DNA of 64,000 bases from Octopus sinensis. Lineage: Eukaryota. Both the position numbers and the translations under genes were made by a program. Location of the stretch: positions 34,534,001-34,598,000 of the forward strand of contig NC_043007.1 of assembly GCF_006345805.1 (NCBI RefSeq), given 5' to 3'. The notes under the pieces were generated by a model. That model was given only the letters and a program-made list of their open reading frames with translations. It was not told the origin of the DNA and searched no databases. Below are positions 1 to 13,038 of this stretch, piece after piece (the stretch's first letter is position 1; every line of letters starts with the position of its first letter).

Positions 1-961
1 TACATTATTGATGAGAAATGTAAGGATTAATGTAAAATCGTAAAAATCATTGAAATATAAAAGAATGAATGAAAATTAAAGTAATGTTTAGAAAATAAAG
101 AATTGTTTGAAGATATATAAAACTGAGATGAAATAGAGAATGGAATGAACACTGCCATGTTAGAAAAGTGCAAAACTGAAGAAAAGAAAATAATTTACCC
201 AAAAAAATTTAGATGTGACAGGAAAAAACAGAAATCGCAGAAATTTCTAGAATTAATGTAAAACCAGGATATTGATGCAAAATACAGAATTGGTAGGTTA
301 TTAAGGTAACAAATATCGGGTTGTCAGAAAAATTCATTCGATTTTTTTTCTACCTGGCATTCCATCGTTATGCCTGAAAGGAGGTAAAATTTATTCAAAT
401 TTCAAAAACCACAAACAAAAGTTATAGGGGAAGAACAGATCTTCACAAAACTATAAAACGCTGCGATAAAAATGTTTTTCGTGTTAATTCGAGTAACAGT
501 GGAAAGGATTAAAATAAATGGGGGAAAATGCACGAATTTATTTGAAAAAAACCCAATAGAATTTTAGTGAAAAATAAAGAACTGTTGAAAACTACAGATA
601 TTATAGAATACTGTATTGATGGATCTATCATTAATGGGGGAAACAGAATTGAAGGATGAACATAGATTATATAAAATGAATGCAGTCTTTATGAAAAATA
701 CGAAATTCGGATAATTGTTACAGTGTGTTGACTATGTTTGATTGCAAATTGTTCCTTTTGGGAGTGTCTGGTAACTGCGTTATCTGGAGCGCCTCTTAAA
801 GTATTTGGTCCACCAGTAAGACGGAGTGATTGATGCTGGTTGTTGAAAAGTATGTGAATATGCTTTGGTATTGTGTCTGGTGTGGTACTGTGATTTGATG
901 ACATTTAAAAAAATCAAATGTTGATTGAAATTTAAAGAATTACTTAGAAGATACAGATTTG

Positions 962-1353
962 TTTGCTAACCAACCACATGATTCCGGGTTCAGTCCCACT
1001 GCGTGGCATCTTGGGCAAGTGTCTTCTGCTGTAGCCCCGGGCCGACCAATGCCTTGTGAGTGGATTTGGTAGACGGAAACTGAAAGAAGCCTGTCGTATA
1101 TATGTATATATATATATATAAGTGTGTGTGTATATGTTTGTGTGTCTGTGTTTGTCCCCTTAGCATTGCTTGACAACCGATGCTGGTATGTTTACGTCCC
1201 CGTCACTTAGCGGTTCGGCAAAAGAGACCGATAAAATAAGTACTGGGCTTACAAAGAGTAAGTCCCGGGGTCGATTTGCTCGACTAAAGGCGGTGCTCCA
1301 GCATGGCCGCAGTCAAATGACTGAAACAAGTAAAAGAGTAAAAGAGTAAAGAG
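962..1353 (+). mobile_element. SINE family A (tRNA-like head, internal TA/TG microsatellite, GAGTAAAA tail), 5'-truncated
   Basis: Near-identical to copies at 30407 and 55490; B-box-like GGTTCAGTCCC. Confidence 0.85.
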
Positions 1354-1365
1354 ATTGAAATATAT

Positions 1366-1717
1366 ACTCTTTACTCTTTACTCTTTTACTTGTTTCAGTC
1401 ATTTGACTGCGGCCATGCTGGAGCACCACCTTTTAGTACTTATTCTATCGGTCTCTTTTTGCCGAACCGCTAAGTGACGGGGACATAAACACACCAGCAT
1501 CGGTTGTCAAGCAATGCTAGGGGGACAAACACAGACACACACATATACATATATATACGACAGGCTTCTTTCAGTTTCCGTCTACCAAATCCACTCACAA
1601 GGCATTGGTCGGCCCGGGGCTATAGCAGAAGACACTTGCCCAAGATGCCACGCAGTGGGACTGAACCCGCAACCGTGTGGTTGGTTAGCAAGCTACTTAC
1701 CACACAGCCACTCCTCC
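1366..1717 (-). mobile_element. SINE family A
   Basis: Reverse complement of the preceding copy, tail-to-tail. Confidence 0.85.
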
Positions 1718-1848
1718 TGTATTTGATAAGTAAAAATTAATAAATAAGAATAAAGAATAACAAAAATACCGATAGAATAAATAATGGGTGCAATAGGTGC
1801 AAAATCCAGAATTGTTTAAAGATGTTTAGTTATAATATATATACGTGA

Positions 1849-2137
1849 GTGGAGGCCCAGTGGTTAGGGCATCGAACTCGCGGTTTCGATTCCCAGACCG
1901 GGTGCTGTGTGTGTTTATTGAGCGAAAACACCTAACGCTCCACGAGGCTCCAGCAGGGGATGGTGGTGACCCTTGTACTCTTTCGCCACAACTTTCTCTC
2001 ACTCTTACTTCCTGTTTCTTGAGTAACGTTGCGATGGACTGGTGTCCCGTCCAGATGGGGGGAACACATACGCCACAAAAACTAGGAAACCGGGCCCATA
2101 AGCCTGGCTAGGCTTGAAAAGGGCGCATAAATAAATA
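1849..2137 (+). mobile_element. SINE family C (tRNA head, V-domain-like core TGCGATGGACTGG.GTCCCGTCCAG)
   Basis: A-box-like GGCCCAGTGG and B-box-like GTTTCGATTCC; homologous copies at 32320 and 35086. Confidence 0.8.
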
Positions 2138-2251
2138 ATATATACGTGTAACGACACGAAATGTAATATGGTTAGTATTAAAGTTATTAAAAAACATCTT
2201 GAGTCGTATATGTTTAAAAAGACAGAACCTCGTTCCGAACGCCGGTGTATT

Positions 2252-2291
2252 GCCAGACACTGTGTCGACCTGGTTTGGTCTCATCAGTGAC
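2252..2291 (-). ncRNA. Minimal type I hammerhead-like motif (GAAA mutated to GACA)
   Basis: Minus strand reads gtca-CTGATGA-GACC aaacca GGTC-GACA-CagtG-TC-tggc. Confidence 0.55.
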
Positions 2292-2839
2292 GAATACCCC
2301 GGACGTTCTGAAAAAAAAAAAATCAGCAGATAAAACAGTAACTGATTTGTACGAAAGCTGGTCAGGTTAGAATTAAATTAATATATGCACCTGAAGCCGC
2401 CGCTGGAGATTAAAATATGAGTGCACGAGTATCTATAACATTCATAATGTGTATACAAATGCGCAACATTACTAGCTCTAAAGTCCGGTCTCAGAGACAT
2501 GTATGTTGAAAAGCTAGATCTTCAGAATGCCAGTGGATCGCCAGACACGGTCTTTGCCTTCATTTGATCACACCATTAATAATTAATGCTTGTTCCTATA
2601 TAAAAATCAGTAAACAAGACATTTACTGGTTTGTGCGAAAGTTAACCCAGGCTAAAAGGAAATCAATATATGTACTTGAAAAAGCATAAGATTAAAATAC
2701 CAGGCTTAGCTCAGAACTTCTGAGGTCGAAACACCGGATCTGGCGATATACCGGTGTTCTGTTTGAAGCCCTTCCTTGTCAATATATAAATCGCTTTGAA
2801 ATGTTTCTTTGCGATAAATTATACTGTATAACAAAATGT

Positions 2840-3190
2840 TTATATTTTAGCTTGTCTTTGGTCAGTAAGTGTTATTTCCTATTTGCCTCTGTCTGAAAAC
2901 CAAAGGAAATGACTTCACACTTTGCTTTCGTGACCTGGACATCAATGTTTTGAAACTGACCTATTTTCTCTTACATTTCAGATAGATTCAGCGCTGAGTT
3001 GCTGAAGCAGAAATATAGTTATATCAAATATTCTGTTCAATACTACAGATTCGCTTGTCACTTGCTTGACGTTAACCATTTGAGCATGCTCCTAATTGAC
3101 CGACAGTTTGTGCATCTCTGATCCTTAGCAGGAATAGTGGGGAAGCATGAAATTCATGTGTTGAGAAGGATGGTTTGGGGTTTGATTAAA
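2840..3190 (+). mobile_element. Old copy of the repeat family seen at 22364-22745
   Basis: Shared stretch gtgcatctctgatc..gtgggga.gcat..catgtgttgaga.ggat..tttggggtttga. Confidence 0.55.
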
Positions 3191-4059
3191 AGTAACAAAA
3201 GCAAAGGTTGAAGAAAATATTAGCCATTTTTATACTTTCTATGGGTAAGCAAAAAGGAAATAGCAGTTACTACCAAAGAACAAAAATCGGGTTGCACAGT
3301 GTTATCACAGCGAGTGCCGTTTCGAGTTTGTATACATATTACAAATGGTATATACACTGGTAGTTTAATATAAGGCTGTTTCATGTGCGTATATTGATTT
3401 ACAGAAATTGTTTATAATATACAGAATTGTTTTAAAAAAATAAAGGATTATTGAAGCAATGAAATAATTCTTTAAAAAATATATAGAATTGCCAGAAAAT
3501 ATTATGAATCGAATTTAAAATACAGAAATGATATAATACTACGGATCTGATAGGTGGGTGATGTGGAATTGATTTAAAAGAAAAAAAACATGGAAAAAAT
3601 ATTGATATGATTTTTTTAAAAAGTAGGGGATTGATGCAAAAACACGGAATTATGGGAAAATTACAGAAATTGAGGACAAATAAAAACCTTTTTGAAAATA
3701 CAGAAATGATGGGAAAATAACAGATTTGAATAGAACACAGTCACACAAAGAATTGCTTGAAAATATATAGAAACGAAAGCATATCAGAGAATTAAAGAGA
3801 AAATAGTCAGTCAAGAGAAATTACAGATTTGATGTAAAAATATAAATCTATGTAAATCTCATATTTCAGTAGTGAAAACAAAAATGCCGAAAATGGTGGA
3901 AACAGCACTGATAAGATATGCAGAAAGAAAGGGCGGAAAATACACCGTTGATGTATACTACAGAATTCATAATAAACGGAGGGGTTGATAAAAATACAAC
4001 ACTGATAAAATATACGAATTTGAATGTATGTATATATGCATGAATTTCTATCGTGTATC

Positions 4060-4322
4060 TGTTATTTGCTTCAGTCATTAGACTGCGGTCATACTGGGGC
4101 ACTGCCTTGAAGAGTTTTAGTCGAACAAATCAATCTCAATGTTTATCTTTTACTTTTTTTTTTTAAGCCTGGTACTTATTCCGCCGGGTCTCTTTTGCTA
4201 AATCGCTTAGTTACGGGGCCGTAAACACACCAGCACTCGTTGTCAAGCAGTAGCGGTGAGACGAACACAGACACATATACCTACGCACATACATACATAC
4301 ACAAACACACACACATATACAC
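4060..4322 (-). mobile_element. SINE family A, 3' part (5' part continues at ~4955-5105)
   Basis: tttcagtcat..gactgcgg.cat.ctgg tail; head fragment after the intervening insert. Confidence 0.7.
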
Positions 4323-4327
4323 ATTGG

Positions 4328-4878
4328 TGGCGACCCCCTCGTTATCGAGTATGGCCATTGCACAAAGCTTAATCAATGTTGTTATCGTGCAATGCGTGTG
4401 CAAGAAGATTTTTTTTAAGGTGAGGAAAGGCTGTGCACTGAGTCTATCCCACTCACTAAGCAACAGCAGCCATAATCCGAAAAGAAGAACAAGTCAACGT
4501 CATCGGTAACCACTGAGCCGCAGGTTTTATATTGGAGTTATCCCAGTTACCTGAGTTACCTTCTCCTAGAAGGATGCCCTAACAAAGGCTAGGAGTCCTT
4601 CACTCCCAATGGTTTAACCGCACGATCGGGTATTCAGTCCGATTATTTCTATGTCCCCGCGCATGATACAGCCTTAAGACATTTATTGGATGGCCGTTGA
4701 CTCTCAAGAGTTCCTCCGCTCTTTAACGGGTTTTGTTTTTCATCCCGCAGGGTGTCCAATAAACACCCTCCTCACCAAGCAAGCTTGGTGGGGTTGCTGG
4801 TTTAGTCGCCGATGACCCGACCATTCAACAGGTTGTACTGGGTTACATGTTACCAGTAGCACTCGAAAGTGACCTGAC
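4328..4878. mobile_element. Interspersed repeat of uncertain class, inserted in the SINE microsatellite
   Basis: GC-richer block splitting a SINE A; a homologous fragment lies at ~41520-41640. Confidence 0.5.
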
Positions 4879-5417
4879 ACACACACATACAAGCATGCAT
4901 ACATACATACATACATACATACATACATACGTACGTACGTACGTACGTACGTACGTACGATGGGCTTCATTCTGTTTCCATCTAAGAATTCTCCTCACAA
5001 GGCTTTGGGCAGTCTGAGGCAATACTGGCACACTGCTCCCCAGTGGGACTGAACTCAGGAACTTGTGGTTGGGAAGCAAACATTTAACCTCACAGCTACG
5101 CCTATAACTATATATCCGTACATACATACATATGTGTGTACGTACGTACGTACGTACGTACGTACGTACGTATGTATGTATGTACGTACGTACGTATGTA
5201 TGTATGTATGTATGTATGTATGTATGTATGTATGTATGTATAGATTGTTTGAAGTGATGTACAGATTTTATATTATTAAGAAAAAGAAGTTACTCAGGAT
5301 TTGGATAAAATGATTTATTTAGCGCTTTCATCTCTTTTGAGACTCAATATCTCAAAGGAGATGAATGCGCTAAATAGATAATCTCAATCCAAAAACTTGA
5401 CTATCTCCCTTTTCTTA

Positions 5418-5486
5418 ATGTGTGTGTGTGTGTGCGCGTGTATGTACATGTGTGCAGATATACGTATGTATGCATATGTATGTATG

Positions 5487-5522
<36 letters not shown>

Positions 5523-5570
5523 CATACATATATGTATATATATATATGTATATATATATATATACATACA

Positions 5571-5616
<46 letters not shown>

Positions 5617-5884
5617 CATATATGTATATATATATATATATACATACATATATGTATATATATATACATACATATATGTATATATATATATATACATACA
5701 TATATGTATATAATATATATATATACATACATATATGTATATATATATATATATATACATACATATATGTATATATATATATATACATACATATATGTAT
5801 ATATATATATACATACATATATGTATATATATATTATATATATATAAGTACATATATGCATATATATATATATATATAAAAACA

Positions 5885-5928
<44 letters not shown>
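5418..5928. repeat. Long compound (TA)n/(TACA)n microsatellite
   Basis: Direct inspection. Confidence 0.95.
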
Positions 5929-5931
<3 letters not shown>

Positions 5932-6140
5932 TTAAAATAATAAGGATGAAAAATTGAATATTAATTTGATTAATATCAATTAAAACCAGTGATCTAGCAT
6001 ATTGAAAAATCTGAAGATTCAGAAGGATTATATTACATAGATATAAAAGGGATGACCACTAAGTGAACATCCATTATGCTAGACACCCATAGGGGGTCCA
6101 CTTCTAACATAATGGATATCCACTTCGTGGTCATTTCTCT

Positions 6141-6199
<59 letters not shown>

Positions 6200-6449
6200 T
6201 TAAAGGATATAATGAACAAACGTCCTAGTTGGTCATACAACTTTATAACATCCCCATATCATCACATTATTGAACATAAATATATATTAAAATAAGGGGC
6301 ATTCAACATATAAATCCCAAAAGCATGCAAATATATATATATACATACAAAAATTGATAAAACCTTCAAAGGAGGGAATATAAACATGGAATAAATCTAT
6401 GCGTATAAACGGCGGCTAAAAGGTTGAAAACGATAAAAACTAAATAATA

Positions 6450-6667
6450 TTCTTTTCTGCTCTAGGCCCGAAATTTTGGGGGAGGAGCCCAGTCGATTAG
6501 ATCGACCCCAGTACGCAACCGGTACTCTGATACTTAATTTAGCGACCCCTAAACGATGAAAGGCAAAGTTAACCTCAGTGGAATTTGAACTCAGAACGTA
6601 AAGACAAACGAAATACCGCTTAAGCATTTCTCCCGGCTTGCTAACGTTTCTGCCAGCTAGTCGCCTT
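6450..6667 (-). mobile_element. SINE family B (tail variant 2)
   Basis: Core gatgaaaggcaaagt..acctc..ggaatttgaactcagaacgta. Confidence 0.8.
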
Positions 6668-7976
6668 AAAAACTACATAATATCAAAATATAAGATGATA
6701 ACCAGTAAAATGTCCCTTCAAAGTCCATTTCTACGGCCGTTTCAAAGGACATCGCCAAATTTCAATAATGCATCAAACATTAAGGAACCAAACAGGCAAT
6801 GTACTATGGGTCAATTTATTCGTTTAACACAGCAGACTGGTACTCCACCATAGCTGCAATTTGGTGATTGAAACAGAATATTACAAACTACAGAATTTAT
6901 TGAAGTTACAGAATATTTTGGAAAATACGGATAAAATACAGAAACACCGCATCACCGCAAAGTAGATGTTTTATGAAAAGCATAAATTTGTCAGAAACGT
7001 AGTTACTAGGAATTGCAGCATAGTTTGTAAGTTACAAAACTGTTTGAAAAGTATAGAATTTTTTTTTATATGTTAAAGCAGATATACAGAAATGCTTAAA
7101 TGCTTAAAATTTCAAGAATTAAAAACAAACGTACAGAGCTCAGGTGAATAATACAGAAATAGAATAACGAAAACAACGATAGAGATTTGATGAGAAAAAC
7201 TTGATGTAAAGTAATCTGTAGGAAAATGCTGGTATAATGGGAAAATGCATGCCTGATGGAGAAATACGGAATCGAGGAAACAATACTTAATCCAAGCAGA
7301 ATTTAGAATTGATGGAGAAGCGGAAAACTGATAAAAAAAAAAAAAAAAAAAAAAACAGTGATGAAATGAAATAGATTTTTATAAGAATACCGAAGAATGT
7401 TTTAGAAAAATGTCATTCATTAAAAAAAAAAACTTTTGAAACACAAAGAAATAATTTTTAAAAAATAGAGCAAAAAATATACATAAAGTGGAAAAATTTG
7501 ATAAAATAGCGGAAGATTCAGTTGATGGGGAAATACTGTAAAAGAGATATGAGATGAAAAAAAAATGCAGAGAATTAATTTTAAAATATATATTCGTGTT
7601 TTCTACCATTTTATTACCTGTCCATTCTGATACACAATCACACACGAGCCCCTATACAGGTTTGATAGAAAATGCGAGGGTTGAAGGAAAATACAAAACT
7701 GACGAAATTATTTAGAACTGATACAAACCATAAATTTTAGAAATTTGTTCGTAAAATTGGAAAACCTGACTGATAGTAAAATTCAAAATTCGCAGTAAAA
7801 TACAGAATTGATGGGAAAATACAAAAATTATTGATGGAACAAATCCGGTGTTGATACAAAAATTAATGAAAAATGGACCAAAATAATGATTAAGTCAATA
7901 TCTTGCTGAAACTCAAGAACTGACAATGAGCAAAAAGAATGCTAGATATGACAAGAAATTGATGAAAATTACTGAG

Positions 7977-8063
<87 letters not shown>

Positions 8064-8134
8064 CATATATATCTTAATATTTGGAATTGCTTGAAAAATA
8101 CAGAGCTGTTTCCAAAAAATAAAGATATCTTTTA

Positions 8135-8372
8135 TCTTATACTTGTTTCAGTCACTTGATCACGACCATGTTGGAGCACTGTCTTGAAGGGTTTTAGTCG
8201 AACAATTCGATCCCAGGACTTTTTATTTAAACCTAGTGCTTATTCTATCCTTCTCTTTTGCCGAACAGTTAAGTTACGGGACGTAAACACACCAACAACG
8301 GTTGTCAAGCAGTGGTGGAGACAAACATAGACACAAAGACACACACATACACACACATATGTATGTGTGTGA

Positions 8373-8418
<46 letters not shown>

Positions 8419-8528
8419 GAGGGGTTTCTTTCAATTTCCGTCTACCAAATCCACTCGCAAGGCATTGGTCGGCCGGAAGCTATAGTAGAAGACTGAACCC
8501 GGAACCATGTGATTGAAAAGCCAGCTTA
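8135..8528 (-). mobile_element. SINE family A
   Basis: Family similarity along its length. Confidence 0.8.
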
Positions 8529-9590
8529 TGATAAAATAATTTTTAAAATGATACATAATTATTTGAAAATATAAAGAAATGATGGGAAAGATACTGTATT
8601 GTTAAAAAATGAATGATACAGAATTAACGAGAAAAAAAATTATTTAATATATCGAAAGATTATGGTAAAAATATAGAAGTGATGGAAAATACAAGATTGA
8701 TGGTGAAAATACAGGATTTTAAAAAAATGAAGAATGGATGGATAAATTAGAGAATTAATGAAAAATTTCAGAATTTATGGCAAAATTCAAACACCATTGG
8801 AAGCAATAGGATTGATGGCAAAAGATACTAAAAGTAGAAATGAAATGATAGAAATATCCAAAATTTATTATAAATCATGGAATTAAGGAAAAAATGCGAA
8901 AATAAAAATTATACATGCTAAAAATATAAAAAAACCTGATTTGATGAAAAAATAAAGTCTTTTAGAAAAATAAAGAATTGATAGGGGAATGCAGGATTAT
9001 TTTACGAACACAATATTATTTGAAAAAAGTTTGAATTAATGGAGAACTGAAGTGATGGCAAAGTGCAGAATTGATGGGAAAACTGCTGCGATTTATACAA
9101 AAATAGACAATTCATCAAAGATTACAGAATCGAACCAAAAATACTGTATTTTGTAAACAATTCCATCATTTTACAATTAATTCTTTTAATTATGAAACAA
9201 TTGTCTATTTTCCATACAATATTTTTTCAACAATTCATCACACATACACACACATATAAGAAAAAGCATTACACCTGATTACCGGTCTCGCAATGCCTAA
9301 GCGATTTGTGTGTGTGTGTGTGTGTGTAAATTCAAATATAAAATAGAAGCAGTGCCAGAATAACAAGCATTATCGACCACAGATACTTAACGTATGTTTT
9401 GTGCGTTTTCTAGTAGGCTGCGATTTGGCGTGGTGGAGGTTACTCCCTCAAAGCACCAGGTGTTAAAATACCTGAATGTCATGAACAGGCGGAACAGCTA
9501 ATGCCAAAGGCCATTCAGGAGTAATGGACACACACACATACAGACACATATAGGCGGTGCTCCAGCATGGGCATAGTCAGGCGAGTGAAA

Positions 9591-10043
9591 CAAAGTCAGA
9601 AATCCGGGATCTGGAATTATCTAGTAATTTTTTACTAGTTCTATTTTGTCTTTCTGTCTTCCCTCCTTGTGCTGTATGAACATTTAATGTGGTTTTAGAG
9701 TCAGATCTTGGCTGCTATTTTCAGCATGGCGGTATCTCGTAGATACCCTAGATTGTAATTTTAATAATAATTATTACCTTTGAAGTTTTTTTATATGTTG
9801 TGTGTATATATATGCGCATTTATGTTACTTTATGCGTATATTCCACTGATGAGGCAAAGCATTTCTATATGCAAAGTCAGAAATCCGAGATCTGGAATTA
9901 TCCGGTAAGTTTTTACTAGTTTGATTTTGTCTTTTTGTCTTCTCTCCTTGTGCTGTATGAACATTTAATCTGGTTTTAGAGTCAGATCTTGGCTGCTATT
10001 TTCAGCATGGCGGTATCTCGTAGATTCCCTAAATTATAATTTT
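9591..10043 (+). repeat. Partial tandem repeat (~172-bp direct repeats, ~281-bp period) containing a hammerhead motif; Penelope pLTR or retrozyme-like
   Basis: 9591-9763 matches 9872-10043; HHR motif at 9841-9897. Confidence 0.7.
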
Positions 10044-10277
10044 ATATATATATATATATATATTATGTGAAATAGAAAGATGAATAATCTTGTAGTAGAT
10101 TAATCAAAAGTTTAACCGATACCTTAGTAGCAAAAATCACAGCAGTGAACAGCACGGTTGGAGGTACAACCATCTGGCGTTGCAACCGTGCGTTGGTGCG
10201 GATAATTGAAATTAAAACATTATTGGTGAATGAAGAAATGGAGCTGAACGCAGATTGAACAGAAATCGTTTTATTTC

Positions 10278-10360
10278 ATTCTACACGTGTTTCGAAAGGC
10301 ACAAATTACCAAAATCCGATTGAATAATGGGACCATATTGTGTCTTTCTCTTCAGGAGAA
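10278..10360 (-). ncRNA. Hammerhead-like motif in a probable Penelope pLTR
   Basis: Minus strand reads CTGAAGA-GAAAG...CTTTC-GAAA-CACGTG-TA; palindromic stem III, weak stem I. Confidence 0.5.
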
Positions 10361-10768
10361 AAAAAGGAAATCCGTTGGAAAAACAAAAACAGAACAGAGG
10401 CAGAGCAAAAAACAAATCGAACTGTGCTCCTAGAGCCCATGGCGAAACTGTTTATCAGTGTATGTTGAGAACCTGTGGCTGAAGAATTCAACAGGTCAGG
10501 CATCGGTCAAACATGTGGGTGAGGGTGTATAGATGTTCTTTGTGACCGAGAAAAAGTTCTGACTATTTAAAGAAATTGGATGTTTTATAAGGGGCGAGAA
10601 AAAATCTACTTAGAGACGTGTGGTGTGTATACTGTTCTATATGGTGTGTTGGCGTAGGGGTAGAAAACATTTTTTGTGTACGTGTGTGCGTTTGATCGTT
10701 CGGCTGTCAGTGGCTACTGCCGTGATAACCGTTGGGTGGCAGAAAGAAAAAAATAATCAATTCACCAA

Positions 10769-10803
<35 letters not shown>

Positions 10804-11759
10804 ACACACACATGTGTGTGTGTGTGTGTGAGTTTGTCTTTCTGTTTCTCCCTCAGCACCGCTCAACGACCGGTGGTTGTGAGTTTACAATCCTGTAACT
10901 TAATAAGTGCTAGGCTTAAAAAAATTTAGTGCTGGGGTCCATTTGCTCGACTGAACCCTTTAAAGACTGTGCCCCTAGCATGTTCACACTCCAATGACTG
11001 AAACAAATAAAAGATAAAAGATAAACAGTACATGCGCATATAATGTGGATTAATTCTTTAATAATGCTCTACACCACGTTTTTGGATAACTGAAAGGTAA
11101 CAAACAGTTTAATCCCAATGGAAACAAAATGGCTGCGCCACCAGATTTATCTTTGTAGAAAAAATAAATCAATTCTATTAGCTTTTGGTTGTATCAAACT
11201 CTCATTAAAAAACCTTTATGGTTTTCATGCTATTTTAACTGCACTATTTTATCTCAGAAATATAATTTGAAACTGTATGACAGATGATTTATAGTATTTT
11301 TTTTTCAATAGCTGTATCAGAAGAGGAAAGGCAGTGCTACTGACTATGTTTTGAGCCTCTGGGACTAGTGGGGAGAATGGATGAAATTATCCTCAGACGG
11401 ACAACTGGAGCAATTTCTATGAACTCCGCTAAAGGCTCAGAAGGGTCAAGTAGTGGTGGCAGTATTTAACCAGGTAATTGATTAAATCTATCGTCCATGA
11501 ACAAGAACAAGCCCTTCAAGAGTTGTTCTTGGTTCTATCAACGGAATTTCATTCACAAAGCTTTGATCAAACCAAAGCTGTGTGAACAGTAGGATAAAAA
11601 AAATAATAAATAAGTTACGAACAGAATTTTTTAACTACGTAGCCATATTCGAACTACAGATTAGCAGATCCAGAATGAACAATTGTGTTGTGTTTATTCA
11701 GTCGGTGTGTTTGCTGCTAACTTTTTCATTCATAAATTCATGCTAGTGTCTTATATAAT

Positions 11760-12697
11760 ATTGGTTTCAAATAGGAATTTTGAAAAGAGGGGTAAGTCGA
11801 TTACATCGACCCCAGTGCTCAACTGGTATTTACTTTATCGACCACAGTGCTCAACTGGTACTTACTTTATCGACCCGACGAAAGGATCAAAGGCAAAGTC
11901 AATCTCGGCGGAATTTTGAACTCAGTATAGACAGACGAAATTCTGCTAAGCATTTTGTCCGGCGTGCTAACGATTCTTATTTCTTTATTATCCACAAGGG
12001 GCTAAACATAGAGGGGACAAACAAGGGCAAAGAGATTAAGTCGATTACATCGACTCCTGTGCGTAACCAGTATTTAATTTATCGACTCCGAAAGGATGAA
12101 TGACAAAGTCGACATCGGCGGAATTTGAGCTCAGAACGTAACGGCAGACGAAATACCTATTTCTTTACTACCCACAAGGGGCTAAACACAGAGAGGACAA
12201 ACAAGGACAAAGAGATTAAGTCGATTATATCGACGCCAGTGCGTAACTGATACTTATTTAATTGACCCCCGAAAGGATAAAAAGCAAAGTCGACCTCGGC
12301 GGAATTTGAACTCAGAACGTAGCGGTAGACGAAATACTGCGAAGCATTTCACCCGGCGTGCTAACGTTTCGTTGCCAGCTCGCCACCTTTGTATCATAGA
12401 AAAGTCTTAACGTTATTTATATCAAGACAGTTTTCCAGTTATATCTTGTTTTATATTTATATATCTATTTCTTTATTGCCCACAAGGGGCTAAACATAGA
12501 GGGGACAAACAAGGACAGACAAAGGGATTAAGTCGATTACATCGACCCCAGTGCGAAACTGGTACTTTATTTATCGACCCTCGAAAGGATGAAAGGTAAA
12601 GTCGACCTCGGCGGAATTTGAACTCAGAACGTAACGACAGCCAAAATACCGCTAAGTATTTCGCCCGGCGCGCTAACGTTTCTGCCAGCTCGCCACT
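11760..12697 (-). mobile_element. Cluster of 4 head-to-tail SINE B units
   Basis: Repeated tatttcttta.tacccacaaggggctaaaca tails and cores. Confidence 0.85.
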
Positions 12698-12791
12698 TTT
12701 GTATCATAGAAAAGTCTTAACGTTATTTATATCAAGACAGTTTTCCAGTTATATCTTGTTTTATATTTATATAAGTCCGTTATCATTATTA

Positions 12792-13038
12792 TATTGGGTT
12801 GTCAAATTTGTTCGTGCTTTTGTTTTCCATTGATTTCAATTCATTCCGGTGTAATTTGAATTAGCACGAAAAATATTTTTATCACAGTGTTTTATTTATT
12901 TAGTTTTGTAGCTCTGTTCTTCCTCTGCAACATTTGTTTATCGTTTTTGAAATTTGAATACATTTTACCTCTTTTGAGGTATATGATGTTGCAATGTTAA
13001 ATAATAAAAAAAACGAACCAATTTATCTGACACCCCCA
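12792..13038. mobile_element. Degenerate Tc1/mariner-type MITE
   Basis: Imperfect TIRs ttgggttgtcaaatttgttcg / cgaaccaatttatctgacacccc. Confidence 0.4.

Larger units (their letters stand above)
1..9150 (+). repeat. Ancient degenerate ~20-bp tandem repeat (consensus ~AAAATACAGAATTGATGGG), interrupted by SINEs and microsatellites
   Basis: Recurrent variants of aaatacagaattgatggg (e.g. 7799, 8969, 9061) and a strong A/G strand bias. Confidence 0.55.

Noticed and set aside
940-1740. Recurrent 60-80 aa ORFs (e.g. DRLLSVSVYQIHSQG)
   Set aside because: Chance translations of SINE A copies
5384-5929. Many long YI/IY-rich ORFs
   Set aside because: Translations of TA/TACA microsatellite
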